Positions 24,960-38,011 of a stretch of DNA of 64,000 nt are shown piece after piece. Position numbers and translations under genes: made by a program. The notes beneath the pieces were generated by a model. It was not told where the DNA came from. It saw only the letters and a program-made list of their open reading frames with translations, and searched no databases. Numbering within the stretch: position 1 is the first letter of the stretch; every line of letters starts with the position of its first letter. This stretch comes from Eledone cirrhosa (taxonomy: Eukaryota): the NCBI GenBank assembly GCA_964016885.1, contig OZ024740.1, forward strand, positions 256,494,001-256,558,000. The letters are read 5' to 3'.

Positions 24960-27230
24960 GTACAAATCTCGTATTTGTGATCTTCTCATCCGTCATTTTA
25001 TCAGCTGAGAGTCCTATGGCGATGGAGGAGTGATGACGTGTGCAGACCTGACCAGTTGAAAGCACTCAATTGCAAATCTGTACATAGGCACCAGGGGTCT
25101 TGTCATAACATCGATGTCCTGTGACAGGGACTAACTCCGGTGGAGACTCCTGTGTCTGAGCAGCCTTAGGGACAGCACTGTTCACCCAAAGAATCAGAGA
25201 AAATCCTTAAGCCTTGGCAAGAACATTTCACTGAATTATTTGATAATCCATCATCAGTTGACCATGATGTGTTAGATGGTGTTGTAAATTTTAAAATGGA
25301 TCGATTACCAGATTATAATGAGGTTAACAGGGCCATCAACAAATTAAACAGAAGTAAAGCACCTGGATCAGATAGATTTCCTGTAGAAGTGTTAAAGGTT
25401 GGTAATAAGAACATAACACAAACTCATCAAAGAGTGCTGGGCTGGAGCTCCTATACCACAATATTGGATAGGTGGTTTCTTGGTGACCTTGTTTAAAGGT
25501 AAAGGTGATAAAGGAATCTGCGATCACTACTGTGGCATCACTCTGTTGGAATCTGTGGGCAAAGTTCTTGCTAGATTATTGTTGAACAGATTGATGGAGG
25601 ACATTTGTCCTACAGTAATCCTTGAATCACAAAGTGGATTTAGATCTGACAGAGGGACGATTGATATGATCTCAGCAAGGCAGATAGGTGAAATGTATTG
25701 AACAGTGTGTTCCTTTATATCAGGGTTTTATCGATCTGATAAAGGCCTTTAAAACGGTGAACAGAGGTGCACTCTAGAAAATACTAGAGAAAATAGGATG
25801 CCCACCCAAGTTTATTCATATTTTCCTCAGACTGCACAGAAATATGAAGGCTCAGGTTGTCTTGAATGGAGAATTGTCCAATGAAATCCCAGTTGATAAT
25901 GGCGTGAAGCAGGGAGATATCCCGGCTCCCATACTGTTTTCAATATTTGTTGTTGTGATGCTGACTCATGCATTCCAGGACTGTGCAAAGGGTGCAGGTT
26001 AGAACTACGGGAAGAATCTTTGACCGAGAAAGTTTCAATTTCAAATCCAAGGTGCTCCAAATATTAGTTACAGAACTCCTGTATGCAGACGATGTTGACT
26101 TTCTGGCTCACTCTCAAGATGACATGCAGCACATCATTGGATTGTTTTTCAGCTTTTAATGTCTTTGGTATGAACATTAATCTAAAAAAGACTAAGGTAA
26201 TGTTCACCCCATCACCAGGGGAAGCATATATTGAGTCAAATATAATGGTGCATGGAACTAGGTTGAGCATAGTTGACACTTTTGTTTATCTGCACGGTGC
26301 ATTGTCGAGGGATGGTTCACTGGATGCAGAAATACACCTGCGCATTCAGAAGGCCTCTGTAGCCTTCGGAAAACTTGAAAAGATAGTGTGGGTGCATCAT
26401 GGCAACAATGTCGGGACCAAGATCAGTGTGTACAATGTCTGCATTCTGAGTACTCTGTTGCACTCTTCGGAAACATGGACGTCGAAGACACCTTAATTTG
26501 CTTGAACACTTTAATCATGTCTTAAAGACGATTCCTAAACATCAAATGGCAACAAAATATACTTGACACACAAATCCTTATAGATGCTGGTTACACGAGC
26601 ATTGAATCTACCAGTATATCCTCTCAAATGCGATGGGTAGGCCACGTTGTGCGCAGGAATGAAGAAGGACTCCCAGTTAATTGCTCACTGGGAAACGCCG
26701 TCAGTACAAACCAAGAAAAATATATAAAGATTGCATAAAAATTAACCTTAAAGATCTACAGTTTGAAGTTCCGAACTGGGAAGTGCTTTCTTTAAAGAGC
26801 GTTGAATAGAGACAACACGTGAAGTAAGGCTGCAGAATGTTTGAAGAGAGACGTCTTGGCTGTGAAAAACTTAAACACTAGTTTCAAAACGATCACAGTA
26901 TGAACCTCTATAGGAACATAGGGAGCTGGAGTTGTGAGGTTTGTGGTCGTTTACTACTCTTTAAATCTGGGTATATCACTCATTTAAAATCACACAAAAA
27001 GCCAACTTATGCAGCTCTATCATCCCAATTCTAGCTGAGACAACATGTGTAGTGTGCAAAAAGATCTGCAAATCAACCTCTGGTCTTAAAAGGCTTACAT
27101 AAGGATGACATCCCACAAACTGATCCAATCAATCCAATAGAGGGTAAATCTTTTGTCTGTCACATTTGCTACAGACAGTGAAAATCTGAAGCTAGAATTA
27201 AAAGCCACCTAAGAGGACATGAACGGACGT
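24960..27230 (+). mobile_element. RTE/BovB-like LINE, internally deleted, with C-terminal C2H2 zinc fingers
   Basis: KAPGSD, GITLLESVGKVLAR, ESQSGFR, GVKQG, LLYADD, LLHSSETW; terminal CEVC..HLKSH, CVVC.., CHIC..HLRGH. Confidence 0.85.
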
Positions 27231-27319
27231 TTGGAGTTTTTGTCCATTTAATTTTCAGCAAAGCCTACCGTAAAATCGCACGGAATACAAATTAAGCTAA
27301 TCAGCCGATGTATACCTTA

Positions 27320-27500
27320 GAGAATACTATGTACTCTCAACAGTTCCAGTGGATGGCAGAGATAAAGGGCAATAACCCCGAAACAATTGCAGATTATTTT
27401 TCTCTCTGCTACCGCTGGAACAAAAGGTTGTCGTTAGTCGTCTAGAAAAGACACATGGAGTCATGAGGCTGTTTGCTTGCAAACGAATCAAATATTAATA
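27320..27500 (+). repeat. Dispersed family C (PLE-end-like), often next to (ATT)n
   Basis: CCGCTGGAACAAAAG...GTCGTCTAGAAA...GCAAACGAATCAAATATT; reverse copies at ~14995-15100, 29830-30020 and 56950-57120. Confidence 0.6.
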
Positions 27501-27590
27501 TTATAATATTATTATTATTCAATCACGTATATATTTAAGTATATGCCATGTCAGAGCAAAAACAAATTATGTTTATAACCCCCCGCCCCC

Positions 27591-27680
<90 letters not shown>

Positions 27681-28319
27681 CTATCTATCTATCTATTTAT
27701 ATATAATATATAAACTTTTAGCTCCGACATAGCTGATTAGCCTCATTTATATATGGACATTTATAAGTTGGCTCAACTTGAAAGTAAGATTAAAACTTTA
27801 AGCTCTGACATAGCAGTATGCATACAAGTATATGGGTTTCGTATACTTAATGATATACGGTACGTTAAATAAATAAACATTTGCAAAGCCTAACTATGAA
27901 TATTGAAAGGCTAACAGTATGCGCCGTCTAGCGGATTCCAGCAGAAGCAGCGGGGGACAACTGTCTATGCACATTTCTGGCTCTGGCTATCACTAGGACA
28001 GTGCTGCCCTTCCTCTCTGCTGGAACTTGAAACTGGCGAAACTTTATAGTTTTTTCGCCTGTGTAGATGGGCTGATAGCCTCATTTTTATATGGAGTTGT
28101 GTATGTTAGTTCAACTTGAAGTAGAATTTAAATATTTAACTCGGACATAGCTGTATACATGCATGTATGTGAACTTAGTGTGTTTAATTATATACGGTAT
28201 GTTATACGGTGTATAAATATATCAGATAGAGTGTGGTAAAATACCAGGTGAACCATAACCCACCAGAGTACTCGATACTTATATATATGTGTGTTTATAC
28301 GTAAATTAGTCTATCTATC

Positions 28320-28419
<100 letters not shown>

Positions 28420-28584
28420 GTGCGTATGTGTGTGTGTATGTATATATAGTTCAAGGAGACAACAAACAGAGGTACAAACTGTCTTCTTAGTTTCACGCTT
28501 TATATTGGAAAGATAGATAGATAGATAAAGAGAGAGAGAGAGAAAGAGAGAAGAATACACACACACGTGTGTATGCCTGTTATT

Positions 28585-28652
28585 TTTTCTTCTTGTTCTT
28601 CTTCTTCTCGTTCTTCTTCTTCTACTTCTTCTCCTCCTCTTACTACTACCAT

Positions 28653-28717
<65 letters not shown>

Positions 28718-28765
28718 TAACTACTGCTGCTCTGCTGTTGCTACTACTGCTGTTGTTACTGCTAT
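28585..28765. repeat. Compound trinucleotide microsatellite (TTC)n(TAC)n(TGC)n
   Basis: Read directly from the sequence. Confidence 0.9.
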
Positions 28766-28964
28766 TATCAATCCACATGTATTCGAGTCTGCCGACACCA
28801 AGTTGTAAAACCTCTACACGCAAATCTATCTAGCTTTCTATCTATTTATCTCCCAATCTATCTATCTATATATACTTAATGATATTTGTACTCCCCCCAC
28901 ACACACATGTATACACATCCGTATATACATTCTTACATACACACACACACAAACACACACACAT

Positions 28965-28999
<35 letters not shown>

Positions 29000-31900
29000 C
29001 ACACATACATACATAAATATACACACACACATATATATGTGTGTGTGTATTTATGTATGTATATATGTATATATATGTGTGTGTGTGCGCGTGTGGGTGT
29101 GTGTGTGTAAGTGTGTGTGTGTATATATATATTCGTATATTGTTTTTGTCTATCTCTCCCTTCTCATATTCACGGTTTTATTTTTATTTCTATTTTTTTT
29201 ATTTATTTTCATGTTTTCTTTCCACCAAGAATAAGTCCAGAGTGCAATGGCGATAAGAGAACGATAAAATGTCCCAGACAAACATTGTTAAAGACACAAC
29301 AGCAATTATTTCCATTTCAGATAAACACGATTACACAGCACTGTTTCCACTGTCGTCAAAGATGGCCGATATAAGGGGAGATAATAGCGGATGTACGTGA
29401 TTTTCACTAGAGTCAATGGGAAATTTGGAACTGTGATAGCTAGATTCAACAGATAGATTGTGATATTGACTCTATATTCTCACTTTTTACTGTTGTCGTA
29501 TGTGTTGATGACTAAGAGTGGAGTTTTCCGAGTGTCTGTCTGCATGTATGCTTGTGTCTCTGTGTGCGCATATGTATGTATAACTAGGTGTGGTTGCATC
29601 TATACCTGTATGTATGTATTTATATATGTGTAATATAGCGGTATGTACGAAAGTATATTTGTCTGCATTAATGTGTGTGTATATTATTAAATGTACAATA
29701 CGTACATTCATGTATACCTCACTATTTCAGCGCTCCAGCGCAAATATATATATGTGTGTGTGTATGTGTGTGTGTGTGTGTATTAGTGAGTAAATAATAA
29801 TAATATTATAATAATATCATAATAGTATTATTATTCGGTTTGTTTTTAAGCAAACAGCCTCATAAACACCACGAGTGTTTTTTAGATGAACAACGTCATC
29901 CTTTTGTTCCAGCGATAGCTGAGAGTAAACAATCGACAATTGTTTCAAAATGCTTGGTTCTTATCAAGATTGTGTATTCTCGTGTCTGCTACTCACTGGA
30001 ACTGCTGAAACTACATAGTATTATAATATTATTATTATCCGCTCACCAATACATTTAGGTATCCACCATGTTGAGAGCGAAAACAAATTTTGTATATATA
30101 TATATATATATATATACTTCGTTTTTGTGTTTGATTTGCAAGATTCTTGATGTGAAATTATGTGTTGAAACATAGATATTAGTAAACATTGGGGGGGTCA
30201 TGCTGCCAATAAAAACATACGCAAGAGCGAGTGTCATTTCAGTTTAGCTTTAGTTGAGTAAGTAATCCAATCATCGGTCAGTTTAATAACCGGTTTGTTG
30301 TTTAATTACTGACACGTCATGTTACTTTCCTGTAATTCTACGTCTACTTTTTGTTTCCATCATTTTGCTATCCACTCCAAAATGCTGGTAGATTTGTTCA
30401 AATCTTCTTCCGAATTTATTATTGGGTCATGGAATCTTAAACGGAATGGCTTAATTAAATAGGTGGTAGCTTGCTGTAGATATATAGACAATATTTTCGC
30501 TGAGAACTAAGGCTACGTCGAGGATATACTTGCAGACGGTACCATAGTCGTTCGGAAGAAAATAGGATTAGTTGCGATGTAAATAATTAGATAACCCTGT
30601 TAAAAGGAACAAGAGGTTTATTGTAATTAAAGTGTTTAGATTTGAGTTAGATTAGATGCCTTTTGATTCCATGCTGTAACCCGACAAAATAATAGAATAC
30701 AACGTATTTTCTAACCAGATAATAAGATGTAGTAGGATTAGCAGTCGGATTAAAGTTTTTATGGAAGTTAAATGGTTGTTGTTACACATGTTTATCCAAG
30801 GATATGATAAGAAAATAAGAAAAAGTTGATAAGAGGCTCTAATCGCTGCATTGAAATAAGAGGGAAAATTCGAAAAAAAATCTAGTCCTTTTTTCCTTGC
30901 AGTTGAGTAACAAGTGGGGAAACATAGGTGGCCATGAAGTGGTGGTGGGGGTGCTTCAGAAGGCAAACACTTAATATCGATATTAGTACTAAATTCGTTA
31001 ATATTTTTATTTTTATTTAATTTTGTTAGAACGTTTTCCATTTATTTATTTAATTTCTGTAGATGCACGCTTCGGTCTGCATGTTGTAGCTAAGGATTGA
31101 TGACAATACATGGTTGGCTGTTTACTTAATGGTAAGTCTAGGGATGGGTGAGCAGACCTGTCTTTGGCCACTTCCCCTTGGTAGCATGTGTAACATTTCC
31201 TTGCTGTATATAGGGGTACAGGTAGGCAGAAAATCATGCTAGTCAGGAAAATGCACATTGCGGCGAGGGTAATTTACTATTTTTTTATCATTTATTTTAT
31301 TGTTTTGTATGATACTTTATTATTTAATGGTTATTCTTTTGTGTTGTCTAAGTTTTACTTTAATCTTGTATTATTCGCTTCCAACTGAGTCTAATATGAT
31401 GGTGTTAGCTAGCATATACGTGTTGTTTAGTATGAGGTTTTTATGTTATTGTTGCACTTCAGGGTGTTCATGTTGACAATTTCTCCTATAAAAACAACCA
31501 CATTTTCATTTAGTTTTTCTTTATTAATTATTTCCTCGTGTTTAGGTTTTGGTTTAAAATCCTGTATTTAGTTTACTCGTGGGCATTTTTCAATTGTTTG
31601 TAAGTTTACTTATTTACTTGTTGAGTCTGCAATCTCATTTGTTTCCGATTTTTCGAATTGTGAAGGTAATAGTTAGGTTGGGGAATTTTTTAAAGGATCT
31701 GCTGGGGATACTGTTGGTTGGAGATTCTGTTTCATCATTTTGATTGCGTTTATCTCTTCGTTAAGCGGGTTGTTAATTTCCAGAAGGGTTGGTAAGTCCT
31801 AGTTTTAATTGTTAAGCGAGTAGTTTATTTCAGTTAGTGCGTTTGAATGTTTGAAGGCATGTGTTCGGAGCTGCTTTCTTTCTTGTGATTGTTTCGATTC

Positions 31901-33689
31901 TGTGTGGATGCAATGTCAATTATGTCACGAAGGAGAAGTCACTAAAGAATACAGCATTTTTTTCCGAAGAAGGATAAAAAGTGAGAAAGAGGTATAGAGG
32001 AAGAACCCACCCCAGTACTAGGCTGGTAGTTTTTTTCTTCGCCCCAGGACTTTAGCCATGCCATTCTTATGAGTAATAAGGCCTTGGTCCGAATGTTTAC
32101 AAGAGTGGACTTCGGTAATGGCGTCTTGTAACTAGGTGGTGGTTTTAAAACAGGTAGTGAATTAAAACAACAACCTATGAAATCAGCATGTAAAGATCTA
32201 AAAAAATTGTCACAAGTGATCGTGCCCAGTATCATACTAATTCTGTCAATCCACTTCTCTAGAGTGATACTTTATTTGATAGATTCCAGGAGAATGAAAG
32301 GCTAAGTTGAATTCGGAAAGATTTGAATTGCGAGCGCAATGAACAGGAAGAAACGCCGGAATACTTTTGGTTTTATCCTACAATCTAACCACTTTAATAA
32401 TCGCCTCTTTGTGAAGCAGAGGAGAGAACGAATGAACTCCTATCTGGATAGATAGCTAGTCTGTCGCAGGTATACGCTCCTAAAACAATTTTCTCGTTGC
32501 TCATTCCTAACAGCGTGTTGAACCAAGAAACGTAGGATAGGGGAGGGGGTCTTTCTTGCGAATGGCCATCTCAATCCCGATCACAGTAAATAGGGATGTA
32601 TTTCGGGGACCCAGAGCGCCACATATTTCCACAAATATATAGGCACTTACAGGGAGCTTCCTAGTTATTAACCGGAGTAACATACCGGGATCATCAAGCA
32701 ACAAAATTAAACACAATATTGATTGTCTTATTCCTTCAATCGAACAACATAAATCAGGTAAATTCTCCTGCGGAATATACAATGCAGAAGAAAAAAACAA
32801 AAAGAAAAAACAATACAGTCCTTAGGAGTTGAACTCGGCAGCCGACAATTCATCGTTGTTGGTTCCAGACGGTGGAATGTTGACGGTGGGGTGGGGTAAT
32901 CAGTGTACGTGGGCTACATATATTCTTTTATCTATATCCATCAATTTATGGCTAGTATCAGATTTTCGTGATGGTCACAGCTGTTGAAATGGTCACTGTA
33001 TGTCTTACATCTAAGTAACAACTTTCAGCATTGACAGAGTTGGAGCTAAATAAGCCGCTAATGATGTTTCCGATCTTATCACATCACTGAATCTACGAAT
33101 GTATATCCCTTCCCTCCGTACCTTTCCCACCTGGAAAGGTACCAGCTGCATCATTTGATGGTAGGATGGATATGAGTTGGGCTGGGTTAGGAGGATTTGA
33201 AGTAGTAAGTGTGTAGATGTATAGGGAATGGTGGGAATGGTTGAGAAGGAAATGAAATGGAAGGTGTGTGGATGTGTAAGGGATTGGTGGGTTTCCATTT
33301 AAAGGAATCGAGTGGTAGTATGGTAACACGGTAATGTTAACGTGAAAAACAAAACATGGTTGTTAAATCTTCGATTTCTTTTTCTTCCTTTGTTAAATGG
33401 AAAAGCTTTCAAAATGTGTAAGGAGATGCACGCGCGCGCGCACACACACACACAACCAGATATAGACAAAAATATATACATTCACGCACATATATGCATC
33501 CCCTCTCTCTCTGTTTATATATATATATATGTGTGTGTATATGTGTATATATATATATACACACACGCACACATAGACATTATATTAATATATATATATA
33601 TATATATATATAATCGATCGATCGACTTTCGTCAAATCGGACCGAGAAAACAATGTTTCCGTTGGTCTTTCCAATTTCTAATACTCTCT

Positions 33690-33828
33690 ATTGGTCGCAA
33701 CTCCAGGTAGAAGGAGCAACGTGAAATAAAGTGTCTTGCTCAAGGACATAACGCTTCGCCTGGTCCGAGAATCGAACTCTCAACCTTACGATTGCGAATC
33801 CAATTCTCTAAGCACTCATCACACGCCT
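33690..33828 (-). mobile_element. tRNA-derived SINE
   Basis: Minus: AAGGCGTGTGATGAGTGCTTAGAG...GAGTTCGATTCTCGG...GTCCTTGAGCAAGACAC; same family as 23840. Confidence 0.7.
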
Positions 33829-33862
33829 TTCACACACACACACACACACATACACACACATA

Positions 33863-33946
<84 letters not shown>

Positions 33947-33951
<5 letters not shown>

Positions 33952-36900
33952 AATTAAGTTAAAGATGTACATCCATATATGTATACTGAAATACTAGTAT
34001 GTATATGAATACACACACGTATACATATGTAGGTGTACCAAGTTTTTTCACTGGTCACTTTACTGTGAGTGGCCAGCTATTCTGTATGTAAACACACAGA
34101 CAAACCGGTTTTTAGAGTCATACTGGTTTTTGAGGAAACACCTCTCCTCTATTCTCCAGAAAGCCAGACAAGGAATATTGAACTAGTTTCGTTGTTGTTA
34201 CAACTCATCAGCAATATTTACCTATCTTCCGGCCTCTCTAGAGAATCGTAAAAGCACATATCGTTATATGCTTTTTCTATGAAAATTAGTAGTGGGCAGA
34301 CTAATTTGCATAGAGTGTGAGTAAGTACCGGTTCAACGGAGACGATAAAAACAAATAACGAAACGAAATTAAATTTCGTTTCGTTTGTAACTCACTTTTG
34401 TATGACTGACGCTTAAACAATTAAGTTAAAGATGTACATCCATATATGTATACTGAAATACTAGTATGTATATGAATACACACACGTATACATATGTAGG
34501 TGTACCAAGTTTTTTCACTGGTCACTTTACTGTGAGTGGCCAGCTATTCTGTATGTAAACACACAGACAAACCGGTTTTTAGAGTCATACTGGTTTTTGA
34601 GGAAACACCTCTCCTCTATTCTCCAGAAAGCCAGACAAGGAATATTGAACTAGTTTCGTTGTTGTTACAACTCATCAGCAATATTTACCTATCTTCCGGC
34701 CTCTCTAGAGAATCGTAAAAGCACATATCGTTATATGCTTTTTCTATGAAAATTAGTAGTGGGCAGACTAATTTGCATAGAGTGTGAGTAAGTACCGGTT
34801 CAACGGAGACGATAAAAACAAATAACGAAACGAAATTAAATTTCGTTTCGTTTGTAACTCACTTTTGTATGACTGACGCTTAAACAATTAAGTTAAAGAT
34901 GTACATCCATATATGTATACTGAAATACTAGTATGTATATGAATACACACACGTATACATATGTAGGTGTACCAAGTTTTTTCACTGGTCACTTTACTGT
35001 GAGTGGCCAGCTATTCTGTATGTAAACACACAGACAAACCGGTTTTTAGAGTCATACTGGTTTTTGAGGAAACACCTCTCCTCTATTCTCCAGAAAGCCA
35101 GACAAGGAATATTGAACTAGTTTCGTTGTTGTTACAACTCATCAGCAATATTTACCTATCTTCCGGCCTCTCTAGAGAATCGTAAAAGCACATATCGTTA
35201 TATGCTTTTTCTATGAAAATTAGTAGTGGGCAGACTAATTTGCATAGAGTGTGAGTAAGTACCGGTTCAACGGAGACGATAAAAACAAATAACGAAACGA
35301 AATTAAATTTCGTTTCGTTTGTAACTCACTTTTGTATGACTGACGCTTAAACAATTAAGTTAAAGATGTACATCCATATATGTATACTGAAATACTAGTA
35401 TGTATATGAATACACACACGTATACATATGTAGGTGTACCAAGTTTTTTCACTGGTCACTTTACTGTGAGTGGCCAGCTATTCTGTATGTAAACACACAG
35501 ACAAACCGGTTTTTAGAGTCATACTGGTTTTTGAGGAAACACCTCTCCTCTATTCTCCAGAAAGCCAGACAAGGAATATTGAACTAGTTTCGTTGTTGTT
35601 ACAACTCATCAGCAATATTTACCTATCTTCCGGCCTCTCTAGAGAATCGTAAAAGCACATATCGTTATATGCTTTTTCTATGAAAATTAGTAGTGGGCAG
35701 ACTAATTTGCATAGAGTGTGAGTAAGTACCGGTTCAACGGAGACGATAAAAACAAATAACGAAACGAAATTAAATTTCGTTTCGTTTGTAACTCACTTTT
35801 GTATGACTGACGCTTAAACAATTAAGTTAAAGATGTACATCCATATATGTATACTGAAATACTAGTATGTATATGAATACACACACGTATACATATGTAG
35901 GTGTACCAAGTTTTTTCACTGGTCACTTTACTGTGAGTGGCCAGCTATTCTGTATGTAAACACACAGACAAACCGGTTTTTAGAGTCATACTGGTTTTTG
36001 AGGAAACACCTCTCCTCTATTCTCCAGAAAGCCAGACAAGGAATATTGAACTAGTTTCGTTGTTGTTACAACTCATCAGCAATATTTACCTATCTTCCGG
36101 CCTCTCTAGAGAATCGTAAAAGCACATATCGTTATATGCTTTTTCTATGAAAATTAGTAGTGGGCAGACTAATTTGCATAGAGTGTGAGTAAGTACCGGT
36201 TCAACGGAGACGATAAAAACAAATAACGAAACGAAATTAAATTTCGTTTCGTTTGTAACTCACTTTTGTATGACTGACGCTTAAACAATTAAGTTAAAGA
36301 TGTACATCCATATATGTATACTGAAATACTAGTATGTATATGAATACACACACGTATACATATGTAGGTGTACCAAGTTTTTTCACTGGTCACTTTACTG
36401 TGAGTGGCCAGCTATTCTGTATGTAAACACACAGACAAACCGGTTTTTAGAGTCATACTGGTTTTTGAGGAAACACCTCTCCTCTATTCTCCAGAAAGCC
36501 AGACAAGGAATATTGAACTAGTTTCGTTGTTGTTACAACTCATCAGCAATATTTACCTATCTTCCGGCCTCTCTAGAGAATCGTAAAAGCACATATCGTT
36601 ATATGCTTTTTCTATGAAAATTAGTAGTGGGCAGACTAATTTGCATAGAGTGTGAGTAAGTACCGGTTCAACGGAGACGATAAAAACAAATAACGAAACG
36701 AAATTAAATTTCGTTTCGTTTGTAACTCACTTTTGTATGACTGACGCTTAAACAATTAAGTTAAAGATGTACATCCATATATGTATACTGAAATACTAGT
36801 ATGTATATGAATACACACACGTATACATATGTAGGTGTACCAAGTTTTTTCACTGGTCACTTTACTGTGAGTGGCCAGCTATTCTGTATGTAAACACACA

Positions 36901-38011
36901 GACAAACCGGTTTTTAGAGTCATACTGGTTTTTGAGGAAACACCTCTCCTCTATTCTCCAGAAAGCCAGACAAGGAATATTGAACTAGTTTCGTTGTTGT
37001 TACAACTCATCAGCAATATTTACCTATCTTCCGGCCTCTCTAGAGAATCGTAAAAGCACATATCGTTATATGCTTTTTCTATGAAAATTAGTAGTGGGCA
37101 GACTAATTTGCATAGAGTGTGAGTAAGTACCGGTTCAACGGAGACGATAAAAACAAATAACGAAACGAAATTAAATTTCGTTTCGTTTGTAACTCACTTT
37201 TGTATGACTGACGCTTAAACAATTAAGTTAAAGATGTACATCCATATATGTATACTGAAATACTAGTATGTATATGAATACACACACGTATACATATGTA
37301 GGTGTACCAAGTTTTTTCACTGGTCACTTTACTGTGAGTGGCCAGCTATTCTGTATGTAAACACACAGACAAACCGGTTTTTAGAGTCATACTGGTTTTT
37401 GAGGAAACACCTCTCCTCTATTCTCCAGAAAGCCAGACAAGGAATATTGAACTAGTTTCGTTGTTGTTACAACTCATCAGCAATATTTACCTATCTTCCG
37501 GCCTCTCTAGAGAATCGTAAAAGCACATATCGTTATATGCTTTTTCTATGAAAATTAGTAGTGGGCAGACTAATTTGCATAGAGTGTGAGTAAGTACCGG
37601 TTCAACGGAGACGATAAAAACAAATAACGAAACGAAATTAAATTTCGTTTCGTTTGTAACTCACTTTTGTATGACTGACGCTTAAACAATTAAGTTAAAG
37701 ATGTACATCCATATATGTATACTGAAATACTAGTATGTATATGAATACACACACGTATACATATGTAGGTGTACCAAGTTTTTTCACTGGTCACTTTACT
37801 GTGAGTGGCCAGCTATTCTGTATGTAAACACACAGACAAACCGGTTTTTAGAGTCATACTGGTTTTTGAGGAAACACCTCTCCTCTATTCTCCAGAAAGC
37901 CAGACAAGGAATATTGAACTAGTTTCGTTGTTGTTACAACTCATCAGCAATATTTACCTATCTTCCGGCCTCTCTAGAGAATCGTAAAAGCACATATCGT
38001 TATATGCTTTT
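33947..38011 (-). repeat. 467-bp hammerhead satellite, left block (8.7 units, ribozyme on minus)
   Basis: Exact 467-bp period; 9 HHR copies, the leftmost at 34174-34218; starts directly after (TA)n. Confidence 0.97.

Noticed and set aside
32500-32900. Possible LINE endonuclease fragment (KHNIDCL...)
   Set aside because: Too degenerate to support a call.
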